Source of the DNA: Octopus vulgaris
Lineage: Eukaryota
Direction of reading: 5' to 3'
DNA length: 64,000 bases
Assembly: GCA_951406725.2 (NCBI GenBank)
Contig: OX597820.1
Coordinates: 78,306,001-78,370,000 of the forward strand
In this document: one piece after another, positions 14,768 through 29,020 of the stretch
Position numbering within the stretch: the stretch's first letter is position 1
Layout of the letters: each line of letters begins with the position of its first letter
Made by a program: the position numbers and the translations under genes
The notes under the pieces: model-generated
What the model was told of the DNA's origin: nothing
Seen by the model: the letters and a program-made list of their open reading frames with translations, nothing else
The model's database searches: none

Positions 14768-15968
14768 GGCTGCCTCCTCGTTATCGAGTATGGCCATTGC
14801 ACGAAGCTTAACTGTTACTAGTGCTGTGATCAAATGTGACTTTTTAGCCCAGCCAAAGATCTACAATGTCTTGTACAGAATTGGCAACTAAAGCCTTTAC
14901 CGGTAATAGCCGGCTGTAGTTGTAACTGGGCTTCATGTGCCTTTGCATGTCGTTTAAGTCCTGCTGCCGAATTACACTCTCTTCCACATGCCTGACAGAT
15001 ATGATTAGTATGGCGTGTAACTCGACCACCAGTGGCCAGGTTGTCACTCATCTGTCTCGCTTTATGACTACGAAGATGACTCTTGAGTTCAGCTTTACTG
15101 AGGCAGAGTCTGGCACAGACACTGCATGTCAGCGTCATAAGAAGACCCTTCCCATCTGGAAATGTAAGAGCGATGCCCTCCCTGACTTCCCTCCTTACTT
15201 ACTCATGTGCAACTCGAGATTTCTCAAAAGTGGCTGTCCCCCTCATGCACAATCCTTCTCCACCTGCTACGATCAATAGCTATGCCTTCCCATGTGTCAG
15301 GAGAGATGCAAGCATCTCTTAAGGAAACTTTCAGCAAGTCCTTACACCTCTTTTTTGGTTTATGTGGAGGTCGTTCTCCTTTAGCTAACTCTCCATAAAA
15401 GAGTTGTTTTGGCATCCTTGAATCCTTCATCCTGACCAGATGATCACTCCATCTGAGCATTTGCTTTAACACAAGAGCTTATATACTTGCACACCGAGAG
15501 CCTTCCATTATTTCAAGATCACTGATGCGGTCCTTCTTCTTAATGCCATAGATCCGTCTGAGACACATCTGATGGAAACGTTCCAGTTGTTTAAGGTGGT
15601 ATCGATATGTGACCCACGTCTCGCAGGCATAGAGAAGAGAAGGGAGCACACATGCCTTGCACGCCTTTATCTTTGTCTTTCTGCATATGTCTCGCCGACT
15701 CCAGAGGCGCTTTTCTAGCCTTCCGAAAGCAACACTTGCTTTCCTAATTCTATAAGGAATTTCATCATCCAAATTGCTATATCTATTAATAGTGCTTCCC
15801 AGGTAGACAAACTGATCAACTGCATCAGGCCGTTTACCATACACATAGATATTTGGTACACTATACTGCTTACCAGGGGCAGGTTGATGCATGACAACAG
15901 TTTTCTTGAGATTGACTGTCAATCCTAAGGCAGTGCAAGCATCAGAGAATGCATTCAAAATGTGTTGC
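14732..15968 (-). mobile_element. RTE-clade LINE, 5'-truncated, frameshifted ORF2 with C-terminal C2H2 fingers and (TAA)n tail
   Basis: GLTVNLKKTVVM..FVYLGS..LLYACETW..LERFHQMCLRRI; LRWSDHLVRMKDSRMPKQLFYGEL; three CxxC..HxxxH motifs. Tail at 14732-14766. Confidence 0.92.
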
Positions 15969-16002
15969 ATACATACATACATTTATTCATACATACATAC
16001 AT

Positions 16003-17390
16003 ATTTCAACTGAATAAATAACATCTGTACCTCAGAACTCTCTGCATTCAATAAAACATTGGACAACAATGTGTTTACAGTGCCAGGACTCATACCAACA
16101 TCTGGTCTGCTTGATTGGACGCTTGATGAGATCCGAGCTGTTGATGTGAAAACCCAGAAAATACTAACAAGCACGCATAACTTCCACATAAACAGTGACG
16201 TAGACCGCATCTACCTAAAACGAAAGCAAGGCGGTAGAGGCTTAACATCGATCCAAAATGCCTTTGAATGTCGTATCAGATCGCTTCGACAACATCTTTT
16301 AACCACCAAGTGTTGAAGTGCATCCCTTGACCACGTTAGCTGATAACATTATAAGACTTAGATGAAAGGATGAGCCTCTATGAGCAGAAGACTATGCATG
16401 TATATGCTAATAGAAAGCTCCGAGATGATAGTAATATTAATCATCAAAGCAGTCTATCGTGACCAATAACCGAATCACTACCTCCCACTTTGAAGGGTAT
16501 GCGTTTGCAATACAGGAACAGGAAATGTCAACAAAGTACCTCATGCACAAAAGGGATAGAGATGCGGCAAAAGTAGCAAAATATGGAAATCAATGAAGAC
16601 TTTGTTAAATTAACAGCGAAGATATCGCATACACCATAAGCAGTTGTCCGAAAATGTCATAACGGTATTATCTATCGATGAGACATGGTGTTGTAACTGG
16701 GACACTCTATAATGAAATCCGTCTGAAGGATAACCCCGAGGACAATGAAATAAGAACCCGCAGTATGGTAGAAGCTATGGCCACTCATAATACAAAAGAG
16801 TACTGTTGGAATGACCCAGAGGAAACTTCAATAAAATGTAAGCATAACAGATCTGATGTAATGATTTGGGATCGAGAAGAGAAACTTTGTATAGTTGCCG
16901 AAATTAGCTGCTCAACGGATGTTAACATAAAGCTGAATGTTAGTGAAAAAGAGAATACCTATGCTGAACTATTGAGAAATCTACAGTTGCAATATCCAGA
17001 TTACAAGTTCAGGTTTATACCTGTAATTATTGGGGGACTGGGATATGCAACAGACTGCATAAACACCAATCTTGAGAAATTAGGCTTCTCAAAACTAGAG
17101 AGGAGAAAGCTGATTCGAAGACTACAGTTCCAATCCATCACTAGAACTGTAAAAACTGTAAAACTTTCCAGACGTTTATCATTTAAATATATATGAGTAT
17201 GTCTAGATATGCAGCTATATGCATGAGAATATATACATAAAACAAACAAATCTGCACATGCAAATATACATACAAGCAAAAATACCCAACTGTTGATATT
17301 GAAATTACAATGAAGGGGCCTTGGATCTAGGTTAGAAACCGGTTCTTACTCTATTGGCAAGAAATATTGAAATGAACTGAATAATGACAT
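16003..17390 (+). mobile_element. R4/Dong-clade non-LTR retrotransposon 3' portion (RT thumb, CCHC relic, restriction-like endonuclease), degenerate
   Basis: DVKTQKILT..NFHINSDVDRIYLKRKQGGRGL; FAIQEQE; HNRSDVMIWDREEKLCIVAEISC..EK..Y (PD-(D/E)xK-like). (CATA)n on both sides. Confidence 0.85.
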
Positions 17391-17396
17391 AGATAC

Positions 17397-17452
<56 letters not shown>

Positions 17453-18051
17453 GCACACATATACATATATATGTATTTATATGTATGTATATATATATGT
17501 GTGTGTGTTTTTATGTGCGTGAGTATTTACATGCACCAACACAAACATGTGTATATATATATATATATACATATATAAATATACATACATACATATATGT
17601 GTGTGTGTGCGTGTGTATGTGTGTGTGTGTGCGTGTGTATGTGTGTGTGTGTGTGTAGTGTGTGTGAGAGAGAAAGAGAGAGAGACAGACAGACAGACAG
17701 AGAGGGAGAAAACTGAGGAGTTCGGGGTTTGAAGAGAAGAATTATTTATTTATCGCTTTCGTCCCTTTTGGGGATTAACAATGAATAATTTTTTCTATAG
17801 AATATTCATACATTTTATATATCTGTGAGTTTGTTGAAAAAATCTGGAGCTGAACGTTTTCTTTGGTTTGGAAAAAGAGTGTTCTGGGAATGGTTAATAG
17901 AGCTGTTCTTTTTCATTTCGAATCTGTATGTGTATTTGTGTATATGTGTGTCTGTAAGTGCGTATGTGTGCGTATAGTGAGTTTTTAAAAAACGAAAAAT
18001 AATGGGAAAAAAAAAGAAAAGGGGAAGAAAGAATGAATTAATTAATGAAAA

Positions 18052-18090
<39 letters not shown>

Positions 18091-18754
18091 TAAGAAAGAA
18101 AGGGTATTTTTCTGGGACGGTTGAAATTGATGATAGGCCAAAAAGGTCAGATATTTTTAATCAATTCCGATAAATTTCTTTTAGTTATTGCGCGACTGCC
18201 CTTTTCTTTTGTTTTTTGTAGTTGTCATGTTGCCCAGCTGTGGAAAATAGAATCTATGGAATTATTTCGCTAGTCTTTTAAATGTAAAAATGTGTATATT
18301 GAAGGGTACACATGTGTGGGTGTATTACGTATGCGCGCGCACGAGTGTGTATGTGTGTGTGCGTGTGTAGTGTGCTGTTTGTCGGCTGTTTAAGTGAATT
18401 TTCCAGTTATTTTAATAACAATAATGAGATAAGTCTAGTTGGTGAAAATCATCGTTCTTTCTATCTCACTTCCTTTCTTCCTTTTTCTTTGTTTAGAAAC
18501 TCACAGCACACACATATATACACTCACATACAGATTCATACACACACATATATACACACACATACAGGGGAACATCTCCAATAACCATTTCCCAAACACC
18601 ATCTTTCCAACCCAAGATAACAAATTCAACTCCAGATCTTAAAAAATCATTCATGAGGAATCTCTGAAAGCGACGAAAGCACTATATAAATAGTTCTTAT
18701 TCAAGTCCTGATAACCTGTTTCTTAATCTATATAATCTGTAGATCACTTTAAAC

Positions 18755-18806
<52 letters not shown>

Positions 18807-18808
<2 letters not shown>

Positions 18809-19228
18809 CGCAGGAGTGGCTGTGTGGTAAGTAGCTTGCTTACCAACTACATGGTTCCGGGTTCAATCCCACTGCGTGGCACCTTGGGCAAGTGTCTTCT
18901 ACTGTAGCCCCGGGCCGACCAATGCCTTGTGAGTGGATTTGGTAGACGGAAACTGAAAGAAGCCCGTCGTATATATGTATATATATATATATATATGCGT
19001 GTATGTGTTTGTGTGTGTGTGTTTGTCCCCCTAGCATTCCTTGACAACCGGTGCTGGTGTGTTTACGTCGCCGTCACTTAGCGGTTCGGCAAAAGAGACC
19101 GATAGAATAAGTACTGGGCTTACAAAAGAATAAGTCCCGGGGTCGAGTTGCTCGATTAAAGGCGGTGCTCCAGCATGGCCGCAGTCAAATGACTGAAACA
19201 AGTAAAAGAGTAAAAGAGTAAAAAGAGT
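18807..19228 (+). mobile_element. tRNA-derived SINE family B, full copy
   Basis: Very similar to 2298-2712. Tail (GTAAAAGA)n. Starts at a (TA)n tract. Confidence 0.9.
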
Positions 19229-19244
19229 ATACATATATATATAT

Positions 19245-19386
19245 AGTGAGAATTAACAAAAGAAAAAAACAAGACGGGCGAGTAAACAACAAACAGATGT
19301 ATTAGTTTAACGATCGGGAAGTGAGAAAGTCTTTTACGTTTCGAGCCTACGCTCTTCGACAGAAAGGAACTCAGAAATAAATAGGA

Positions 19387-19390
<4 letters not shown>
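19245..19390 (-). mobile_element. Short dispersed repeat with a hammerhead-like variant motif
   Basis: Minus strand 19331-19366: CTTT-CTGTCGA-A-GAGC gtag GCTC-GAAACGTA-AAAG. Second copy at 10763-10955. Confidence 0.55.
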
Positions 19391-19419
<29 letters not shown>

Positions 19420-19892
19420 CACACACGCACACACACACACATACACACACACACACACACAGACAGGGAGGTAGAGAGAAGGAGAGAGAGAAGTGCGACC
19501 CCTTTCTCTCTCCCCTCTCTCTACTTATCTATCTATTTGTCTGACTATCTATCTAACTATCTATCTATCTAACTATCTATCTATCAATCTATCTGTCTAT
19601 CATCCTATCTACCTACCTATATTACTATCTATCTATTTCCATTGTCATGGAACCTCACCCCAAAAGAAAAAAACAAAGTTCTATTGTTCTAAACGAAACC
19701 CCTCAAAAACATCTGTTTTATATAAATGAACGAGCTGTTTGTACATTCACACAATTTTAGTTAGGTTCTAGAAACGAAGGAAAGCGCGAATAACGAAGAA
19801 AGAAAAATATTTTTTTCCCAAAATTCTGACGACTTTTTTCTCAACATATATACGTGTGTGTGTGTGTGTGTGTATGTATGCATGTATATATC

Positions 19893-19899
<7 letters not shown>

Positions 19900-19966
<67 letters not shown>

Positions 19967-20100
19967 GTACTAATGTATATATATATGTATGTATGTATGT
20001 ACTAATGTATATATATATGTATGTATGTATGTACTAATGTATATATATATGTATGTACGTATGTACTAATGTATATATATATATATATGTATTTATATAC
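19900..20100. repeat. (TA)n plus a ~32-bp compound minisatellite, about 4 copies
   Basis: TATGTATGTATGTATGTACTAATGTATATATA repeated. Confidence 0.85.
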
Positions 20101-21459
20101 ACATATATTCATATATATATGAAAACTGTCCGACTTTAAACTGTTTGCAAGCAAGAAAACAAAAAATTATTTGTTGTAGATTTATCCAAATTACAATCTG
20201 TTCATATTTCCCTGTTTTTCTTTTTTAATTCAGTCACATTTTACACGAAACGCCTCTCTTCTATTCATCCAGTGACTCGTAGATAAGTTCTGCAGCCAAT
20301 AACGACTCAAAGAATGGAGCTGATACTGCTCAGCATAATATTTTTGTACTTCGCGAAATAACAACATTCGCTTATACTAAGACCTATAAGTGCCTATGGA
20401 TATAATTGCAAATATTGTGAACAACGTTTATCAAACCTCAGAAATTTATCGCTTCTTTAATATTACGTCTGTGAATAAAGCAATGCATTTTGCCTGAACA
20501 TTGTATATGCTCTATATCTTTATATTTCTGATGATGTCGGTGACTATTTACATGCTCTCTTGACATTTCTCCGCTGTTCTCCATTTATTATATCTATCTG
20601 CGGTTTTAACATAACTAAATGCTAAATTATTTGAACGCATTACGTCCTATATTGATTCTCATTGCATTCAGTCTATCATTCATGTTATAAAAATGAGGCC
20701 ATAGAAAGGTTTCGGTCAAAAGAACTTGGTTACAAATTAGTAAGAGATAATGGAATTGTAGTTTGTCCTGTTTCAAATAAGCATATAAATACTAGCCAAC
20801 CGAAATGTTATGGCGACAATTAGGATTTCTTGGAATATATAAGTCCGTGTAATCTGATTTACCAAACGATGGAGATTCTGAAGGTGCGTCCACATCAAGC
20901 ATAATTCATTCTTAAGCAAAAGATTTACAGAAACTGTATTTCTTAGCCATTGAATTAGCTAACACATTTTGCTCATAATAATTTCTAAACAAATATCTAC
21001 AAAACCTTACGTCGATGGTGATTAAATTTAGAAGAAATATGAGGTTGCAAGTCGCTTTAAAAATATTAGTTCCAATACATTTAATATCAAATTGGAATAA
21101 TATTTTTCCAAGATAATATTACACATTGGTATATTTTTGGAACATATTAACCAAAAATAATTCTTATTCTATAAGCAAAAGCAATGAAAAATTATATTTT
21201 CCCAATTCTTCTGGCAATCACCAGAGACATTTCTCCAAAATTGTTACAAGGCTAAATATTGTCTACCCGAGCAAGTGTACAGTAAGAACAATATAATTGT
21301 AGCACCATTCACCACATTAGCCTATCAAAAAGGAACGTTTATTAGAGAAAGTTATCTAAAATTATTTTTATAAAGTCGACTTTTATCAATAAATTTTGCA
21401 ATAATAAAGAGAGCGTGGTGAAAATGTTAAAATTTTAGTGTATTAATATAAAATGGTGT

Positions 21460-21660
21460 AAGGCGGCCAGCTGGCAGAAATGTTAGCACGCCGAGCGAAA
21501 TGCGTAGCGGTATTTCGTCTGTCTTTAAGTTCTGAGTTCAAATTCCGCCGAGGTCGACTTTGCCTTTCATCCTTTCGGGGTTGATAAATTAAGTACCAGT
21601 TGCGTACTGGGGTCGATCTAATCCCCCAAAATTTCCGGCCCTGTGCCTACAGTAGAAAAG
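21460..21660 (+). mobile_element. tRNA-derived SINE family C with TSD
   Basis: AAGGCGG..AGCTGGCAGAA head, GAGTTCAAATTCC B box, GCCTTTCATCCTTTCGGGG..GATAAA..GTACCAG central block (resembles the Meta/MESC domain, from memory). TSD AATATAAAATG(G/C)TGT at 21445 and 21661. Confidence 0.88.
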
Positions 21661-23338
21661 AATATAAAATGCTGTGAAACAAAAATGGATACTCCTGCTA
21701 CCTATAAATACACATCAAAGTATTCTATAGTTTAAGTCAAGTGAACATCTTCGACCTTCCTGAATGCTGCTTTTGGCAGAGAAGAATGTGGTGACAACCA
21801 CAATTGAACAAGTAAATCCACAAGGTTTTGCCCTATAATTAAAATTTTGCCCACGATTGCACATCATAAACTACATAGAGAGATACAGGGGTTAAAATTT
21901 CCCCAACTATTCACTTTCCTGAGCGATGGCGAATGGACAGTCAGTCAACGTCGTTGAGAAACAAGGGTACTGCTCCTTTACTAACCAAAGGTTTAAGTTA
22001 ACTTACAACAACGGATGTTCAAGGGTAAGTTAATTGCCCTTATACACAAAATGTAGTCGGCTTTTGGAAAGCATTATTGCTTAAACTTAAGAACTGCATA
22101 CAGCAATTTTGCATTCAAGCCAAATGCAGTATATAGCAGCATGGAATATCATTTCATCAAATATGTAAAAGCTCAACCCCACAATGATCTAGGGTTATTT
22201 GGGATAGGAACCTGGAATATAACAAAGTAGTTGTGAAGCTATTACGGAGTGAGAACTGTGCAAACTTCTTTCTTAAAACCTACAATACCCGCAACAGGAA
22301 TCAAACGTTCGACTCTGTCTCCCACCCATAGATACTGGAGTCACTACGCTCATCAGAGTTCCGACTGCCATAATCGATGCCGTTAAGAGACTGAAAACAA
22401 CATGCTCCGAACTATTAACCGAAGCTGCTACAAGTGTCAATAACGAAATTAACGTCAAGAATATTCCACACAGAAAAGTAATTTCCACATTCACATTTTT
22501 CTTGATGGGCTCTACTCAGAAAATACTCTCGATACCAACAGACACCTAAGAACCTGTCACAATATACACATGGGTCTTAGGAATAGAGTTGATAAAGATA
22601 GGTATTCATATCTCGTAGTCAATTAATGGAAGACAGATGCTCACTGAAGAATGCTAAGCAATATGGATACCAATAACATTGTTAGCTTGTCTATCACGAC
22701 TGTCTCTAATGATAAATGCTAAAAGTAATTCAAAATGAAAATATTGCATACGTTGATGTTCTGAATAAATCTAGTGAAAACAGATTTTCATAAGCTTGGA
22801 AATCTTAGCTGATGGTATCCAATAAATTCGTATACTACAATGCCTTTGCAATGCCTGGGTTATTACGAAATTTAGGATATTAGAATCTCAGAAACTGAAA
22901 CGATACTCAGTAAGTATATGCGTAACACGAGTTCCAATCAACGGGGATGATGGGGCGAGAACGTCATCTAAAGATTGAAGGGAATTGCACCTCGAGATGC
23001 GACATAATTATTCAAATTCATTAAACTATACACTCTACAATTTGTACTGACTAATCTTTTATATTTTCACCGATTTCAATGTCTCTCTCCATCCCTCTCC
23101 CTCTCTCCCTCTCTCTCACTCTCCCACTCTCTTAGTCTCTTTCTCTCTCTTTCTCTCTCTCCGTAAAAAACATGACTTTTCAATTTACGATTTCTTTCGA
23201 CATTCCTATGGGGCCTTAATGTTAGTTTTGCCCCTTCCCACCACTTTCACCTTTGTGTTTTAGTGAAAATTTGTGGGCTTAAGTCGTTTCTGACGGCTAA
23301 TTTAATATGCTGGGGCTCTCTCTAGTACCCTTCATTAT

Positions 23339-24008
<670 letters not shown>

Positions 24009-24048
24009 CTACGTAGACTGGAGCAACGTGAAATAAAGTGTCTTGCTC

Positions 24049-24098
<50 letters not shown>

Positions 24099-24412
24099 AA
24101 TAATTATTTCGGTGAAATAATAAAGAAGTACTCAGTTGTTGATATTCTGTCTTCTCGTAATTCATAAATGAAAATTGATGCAAATCAATTGTTATTCATC
24201 AATTCTATTTCCATTGTCTGTTTTCCTTGAATATTGATAAACTGTGGTTCATATTTGTCATTACCTAATATTTATGAGCATTAACTCCAATGCTCATCCC
24301 TTAATATAGTAATACACTTGTGTGTTCATTTGGTACAAGTATACTTTAGATGGTTGTTATAACCTCAAGCTTAACTCAGCTATATATATATATATATAGA
24401 CACATACATAAT

Positions 24413-25060
24413 TAGTGTACATTTAAACACAAAAGAGATGACTCTAACAGGACACCTGACAAGGAACAGTCAAAATCCAAACCACTGTTAAGAGCAATTT
24501 CGAAGGGAATGAAAACAAAAAGCATTTACCATATTTTTTTACTGGACCTATTTTTCGAACTTTAATAAACAAAATAATATTTAGCTAGGTGAAGTTCTCA
24601 TCTGCGGTTACGTCAACAATTAAGATATAAATAGCACTTGTCTCGTTTTATATATTATAATTTTTCAAATCCAACGCGCAGTCGCAGTTTTAGTCGGCAG
24701 CACGTAAAAATGTCGACTTCAAAATTACTAAAATCATATTAAGAAATATATACAGGGTAGGGAAATTTGCCGACTAAACCTGCGTTTGCACGATGGATTT
24801 GAAAATTTATAATATATAAAGATGAGACATGTGCTATTTTGTCTCAAAATTATTTGTTAATTTATGGCGTACCCGCTGATAAGAACTTTGCATAGCAAAT
24901 AAATATATTTTATTTTATTTGTTAATTAAAGTTCGAAATCTAGTTCCGGTAACAAAATATGGTAAATAATTTTCATGGCCTTTGAAATCGCTCTTAACCG
25001 TTGCTTGGATATTGACAGTTCCTTCCAAAATATCAGGTGTCCTCTTACGGTCACCCCTTA
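24413..25060. mobile_element. Second diverged relative: minus-strand part 24413-24750 and inverted part 24766-25060
   Basis: Starts AGTGTACATTTAAACAC like 23447 and 26075. Degenerate hammerheads at 24541-24608 (-) and 24873-24949 (+: CCG-CTGATAA-GAACTTT..AAAGTTC-GAAA..TC-CGG). Confidence 0.65.
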
Positions 25061-25183
25061 TTTTGATTTTATTTACTTCAAGCTGTGCGGATAATATTGA
25101 ACTGACTTGGTACTTCAAATTAAGTACCTAATTCAACTGAATCTCAATTATTTCCTATATATATATACACGCTCACGCACACA

Positions 25184-25236
<53 letters not shown>

Positions 25237-25915
25237 GAGAAGTGCAGTGTATGGATACATGTAGTATGTGTAAGCGTGTGTGCGTAAGTGTGTGAGAGTG
25301 AGTGTGCTGGTGTAAGGCAGAATTTAATTAAAATGGATCACACGCGTGCTTTTTTCTTAACTTAGGAAAATGAAAAAGGATGAAAGACAAAAGGCAGGAT
25401 TTCAGATCAGAAAATAAACGTGACAATATCTCACTAAATACTTTTATCTGACATTCTAATGCAAGAACTACACACTCCTAGTAATCTATATTACACTTTA
25501 AAGAAATCCAAGAATAATATATCCATAGAATTATCTGATATAAAACGCATGTTTTTTTTTTTTATATTTTCGTATCATTTTTTTCTAATTTGACAAATAT
25601 TAAATTCCAATATTTTTTTAAACGTGGTTACTGTAGGAAACTTCTTCCAGTTCACACTTACGTCTTAGATTTGCACATAACCCATCTGCATGAAACTTTA
25701 TCTCCATATCTATCACAGCTAGCCAAAATCGTTTGATGCACATCTACACACACATATATCTACACATATGGACATAATATATCAATACACAATATACATA
25801 CATATATATATATATATATACATACATACATACATACATACATACATACATACATACATAGACATATATTTATATACGTATATAAAGGGGATTTTGTATC
25901 AAATTTATATATAAG

Positions 25916-25952
<37 letters not shown>

Positions 25953-25970
25953 ATGTATGTACGTATATAT

Positions 25971-26487
25971 ATATAATCATATCAAAGGGAAATGGAAATT
26001 AATAGAAATTTTCATTTCTAGTGGCCTAGCAAGTAAAAATTTAGTCCAGAGACTATGTATTAATCATAAAATACAGTGTACATTTAAACACATAAGTAAT
26101 CCACTCATGGGATTCAACCAGCTAGAAAGAACAGCTAGGTTCTATAACCACATAATTAGGGATAAAATTCGACAGGAGCGAAATAAAAAATAAAAACATT
26201 TTACCATCTAATTTCCTGGTCCAATTGGTTTCTGATTTTAGGTTAGCAACTAAATAACTTTTACTCGCGAGGTGAAATCATTTTCAACAGGTACACCTTA
26301 GATTAAATATATAAACACGAGGCGATCAACTGCGTTCCTCTTGTTTATACATCTTAATTTTTTCAAATTCTGCTGCGCAGACGCTGACCTTCGCCGGCAA
26401 TAAAAAATTAAAAGTTGGTATTTTTTTATTGCCGGCGAAGGACTGCGTCTGCGCAGTAGATTTTGAAAAAAATAAGATGTATAAACA
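25971..26487 (-). mobile_element. Third diverged relative, with inverted fragment (about 26422-26487)
   Basis: Homologous to 23441-23958. Minus 26215-26291: CCTG-ttgaaaa-TGATTT..AAATCA-GAAACCAATTGGAC-CAGG. Confidence 0.65.
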
Positions 26488-26489
26488 TC

Positions 26490-26752
26490 TTATTATTCCT
26501 CTCCTCCGATTGATGCGACCCCACCAAAATTGTCGATGTCCCCATCTAGTGTATGAAGGAATTTCACACTGCTGCCCTTAACAGTGCCTCATGTCGAGCC
26601 ATTGGTTCGCCTGGAATTGTGGATAGGGGAGTGTCCGGTTTCTTTTTGAAAACTTCCACATCTATATCGTATAAGTTTCTCAATTATTTTGGCAGAGCAT
26701 TGAGGAGCTGTGGTCCCCTGAACCCTAGGCTATTGCAGTACCTGGTTCTTAT
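26490..26752 (-). mobile_element. CR1/L2-type LINE 3' fragment
   Basis: Minus translation IRTRYCNSLGFRGPQLLNALPK*LRNLYDIDVEVFKKK parallels [23 protein letters not shown] of the 3888 ORF. Confidence 0.7.
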
Positions 26753-26775
26753 ATTATGTTATATATACATACATA

Positions 26776-26833
<58 letters not shown>

Positions 26834-27442
26834 AATCAAGGAACGGCCATAATAGGCCATTCACCCACTAGAAATAACAGCCAAAAGCTTTAACCGCAAA
26901 ATAACATCAATTCCGTAAACCAGGAGAAAATTAAAAAACATTTACCCTGTAATTTCTTAGACGATGCACCGTTTAATCTACCGTTTAATGGTAAACTAAC
27001 CTGATTAAATTAAATCAAGCCAATCTACCATAGGCCCTTAGATTCATTAGTAAGAAATAGCCAAGTCGGAACAGATATTTTTCACGAGGCACTCCCCTTG
27101 CTACCTCGGCAATATCTGACCTAAAATTTTCAAATCGTCGCACTCGCGCCAAATTTATCGGCAGCAAATAAATATAAGCCGCCGATTCCATTACGGAATT
27201 AACCAGAAAATTCATAATTAATCAATATAGGGTGGCAAAAAAAATTTTGTAGAATTCATTTGCCACCAGCGGCCTAGTGGGAAAAAATTAAATAGTCATA
27301 AACCATTTTTAAGTTCAACATCACAATCAAGGAACGGCCATAATAGGCCATTCACCCACTAGAAATAACAGCCAAAAGCTTTAACCGCAAAATAACATCA
27401 ATTCCGTAAACCAGGAGAAAATTAAAAAACATTTACCCTGTA

Positions 27443-27549
27443 ATTTCTTAGACGATGCACCGTTTCATCTACCGTTTAATGGTAAACTAACCTGATTAAA
27501 TTAAATCAAGCCAATCTACCATAGGCCCTTAGATTCATCAGTAAGAAAT
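27443..27549 (-). ncRNA. Type I hammerhead ribozyme, intact core (array copy 2)
   Basis: Reverse complement of the motif at 31091-31197; CTGATGA, GAAAC and GTC all intact. Confidence 0.85.
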
Positions 27550-28913
27550 AGCCAAGTCGGAACAGATATTTTTCACGAGGCATTCCCCTTGCTACCTCGG
27601 CAATATCTGACCTAAAATTTTCAAATCGTCGCACTCGCGCCAAATTTATCGGCAGCAAATAAATATAAGCCGCCGATTCCATTACGGAATTAACCAGAAA
27701 ATTCATAATTAATCAATATAGGGTGGCAAAAAAATTTTGTAGAATTCTTTTGCCACCAGCGGCCTAGTGGGAAAAATTAAATAGTCATAAACCATTTTTA
27801 AGTTCAACATCACAATCAAGGAACGGCCATAATAGGCCATTCACCCACTAGAAATAACAGCCAAAAGCTTTAACCGCAAAATAACATCAATTCCGTAAAC
27901 CAGGAGAAAATTAAAAAACATTTACCCTGTAATTTCTTAGACGATGCACCGTTTAATCTACCGTTTAATGGTAAACTAACCTGATTAAATTAAATCAAGC
28001 CAATCTACCATAGGCCCTTAGATTCATCAGTAAGAAATAGCCAAGTCGGAACAGATATTTTTCACGAGGCATTCCCCTTGCTACCTCGGCAATATCTGAC
28101 CTAAAATTTTCAAATCGTCGCACTCGCGCCAAATTTATCGGCAGCAAATAAATATAAGCCGCCGATTCCATTACGGAATTAACCAGAAAATTCATAATTA
28201 ATCAATATAGGGTGGCAAAAAAAATTTTATAGAATTCTTTTGCCACCAGCGGCCTAGTGGGAAAAAATTAAATAGTCATAAACCATTTTTAAGTTCAACA
28301 TCACAATCAAGGAACGGCCATAATAGGCCATTCACCCACTAGAAATAACAGCCAAAAGCTTTAACCGCAAAATAACATCAATTCCGTAAACCAGGAGAAA
28401 ATTAAAAAACATTTACCCTGTAATTTCTTAGACGATGCACCGTTTAATCTACCGTTTAATGGTAAACTAACCTGATTAAATTAAATCAAGCCAATCTACC
28501 ATAGGCCCTTAGATTCATCAGTAAGAAATAGCCAAGTCGGAACAGATATTTTTCACGAGGCATGCCCCTTGCTACCTCGGCAATATCTGACCTAAAATTT
28601 TCAAATCGTCGCACTCGCGCCAAATTTATCGGCAGCAAATAAATATAAGCCGCCGATTCCATTACGGAATTAACCAGAAAATTCATAATTAATCAATATA
28701 GGGTGGCAAAAAAAATTTTGTAGAATTCTTTTGCCACCAGCGGCCTAGTGGGAAAAAATTAAATAGTCATAAACCATTTTTAAGTTCAACATCACAATCA
28801 AGGAACGGCCATAATAGGCCATTCACCCACTAGAAATAACAGCCAAAAGCTTTAACCGCAAAATAACATCAATTCCGTAAACCAGGAGAAAATTAAAAAA
28901 CATTTACCCTGTA

Positions 28914-29020
28914 ATTTCTTAGACGATGCACCGTTTCATCTACCGTTTAATGGTAAACTAACCTGATTAAATTAAATCAAGCCAATCTACCATAGGCCCT
29001 TAGATTCATCAGTAAGAAAT
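28914..29020 (-). ncRNA. Type I hammerhead ribozyme, intact core (array copy 5)
   Basis: Same motif as copy 2; C at 28937 preserves G12. Confidence 0.85.

Noticed and set aside
17305-17346. Hammerhead-like CAATGAAGG..CCT..AGG..GAAACCGGTT in the Dong 3' UTR
   Set aside because: The core deviates at two or more positions and stem I does not pair; unsupported without a family consensus.
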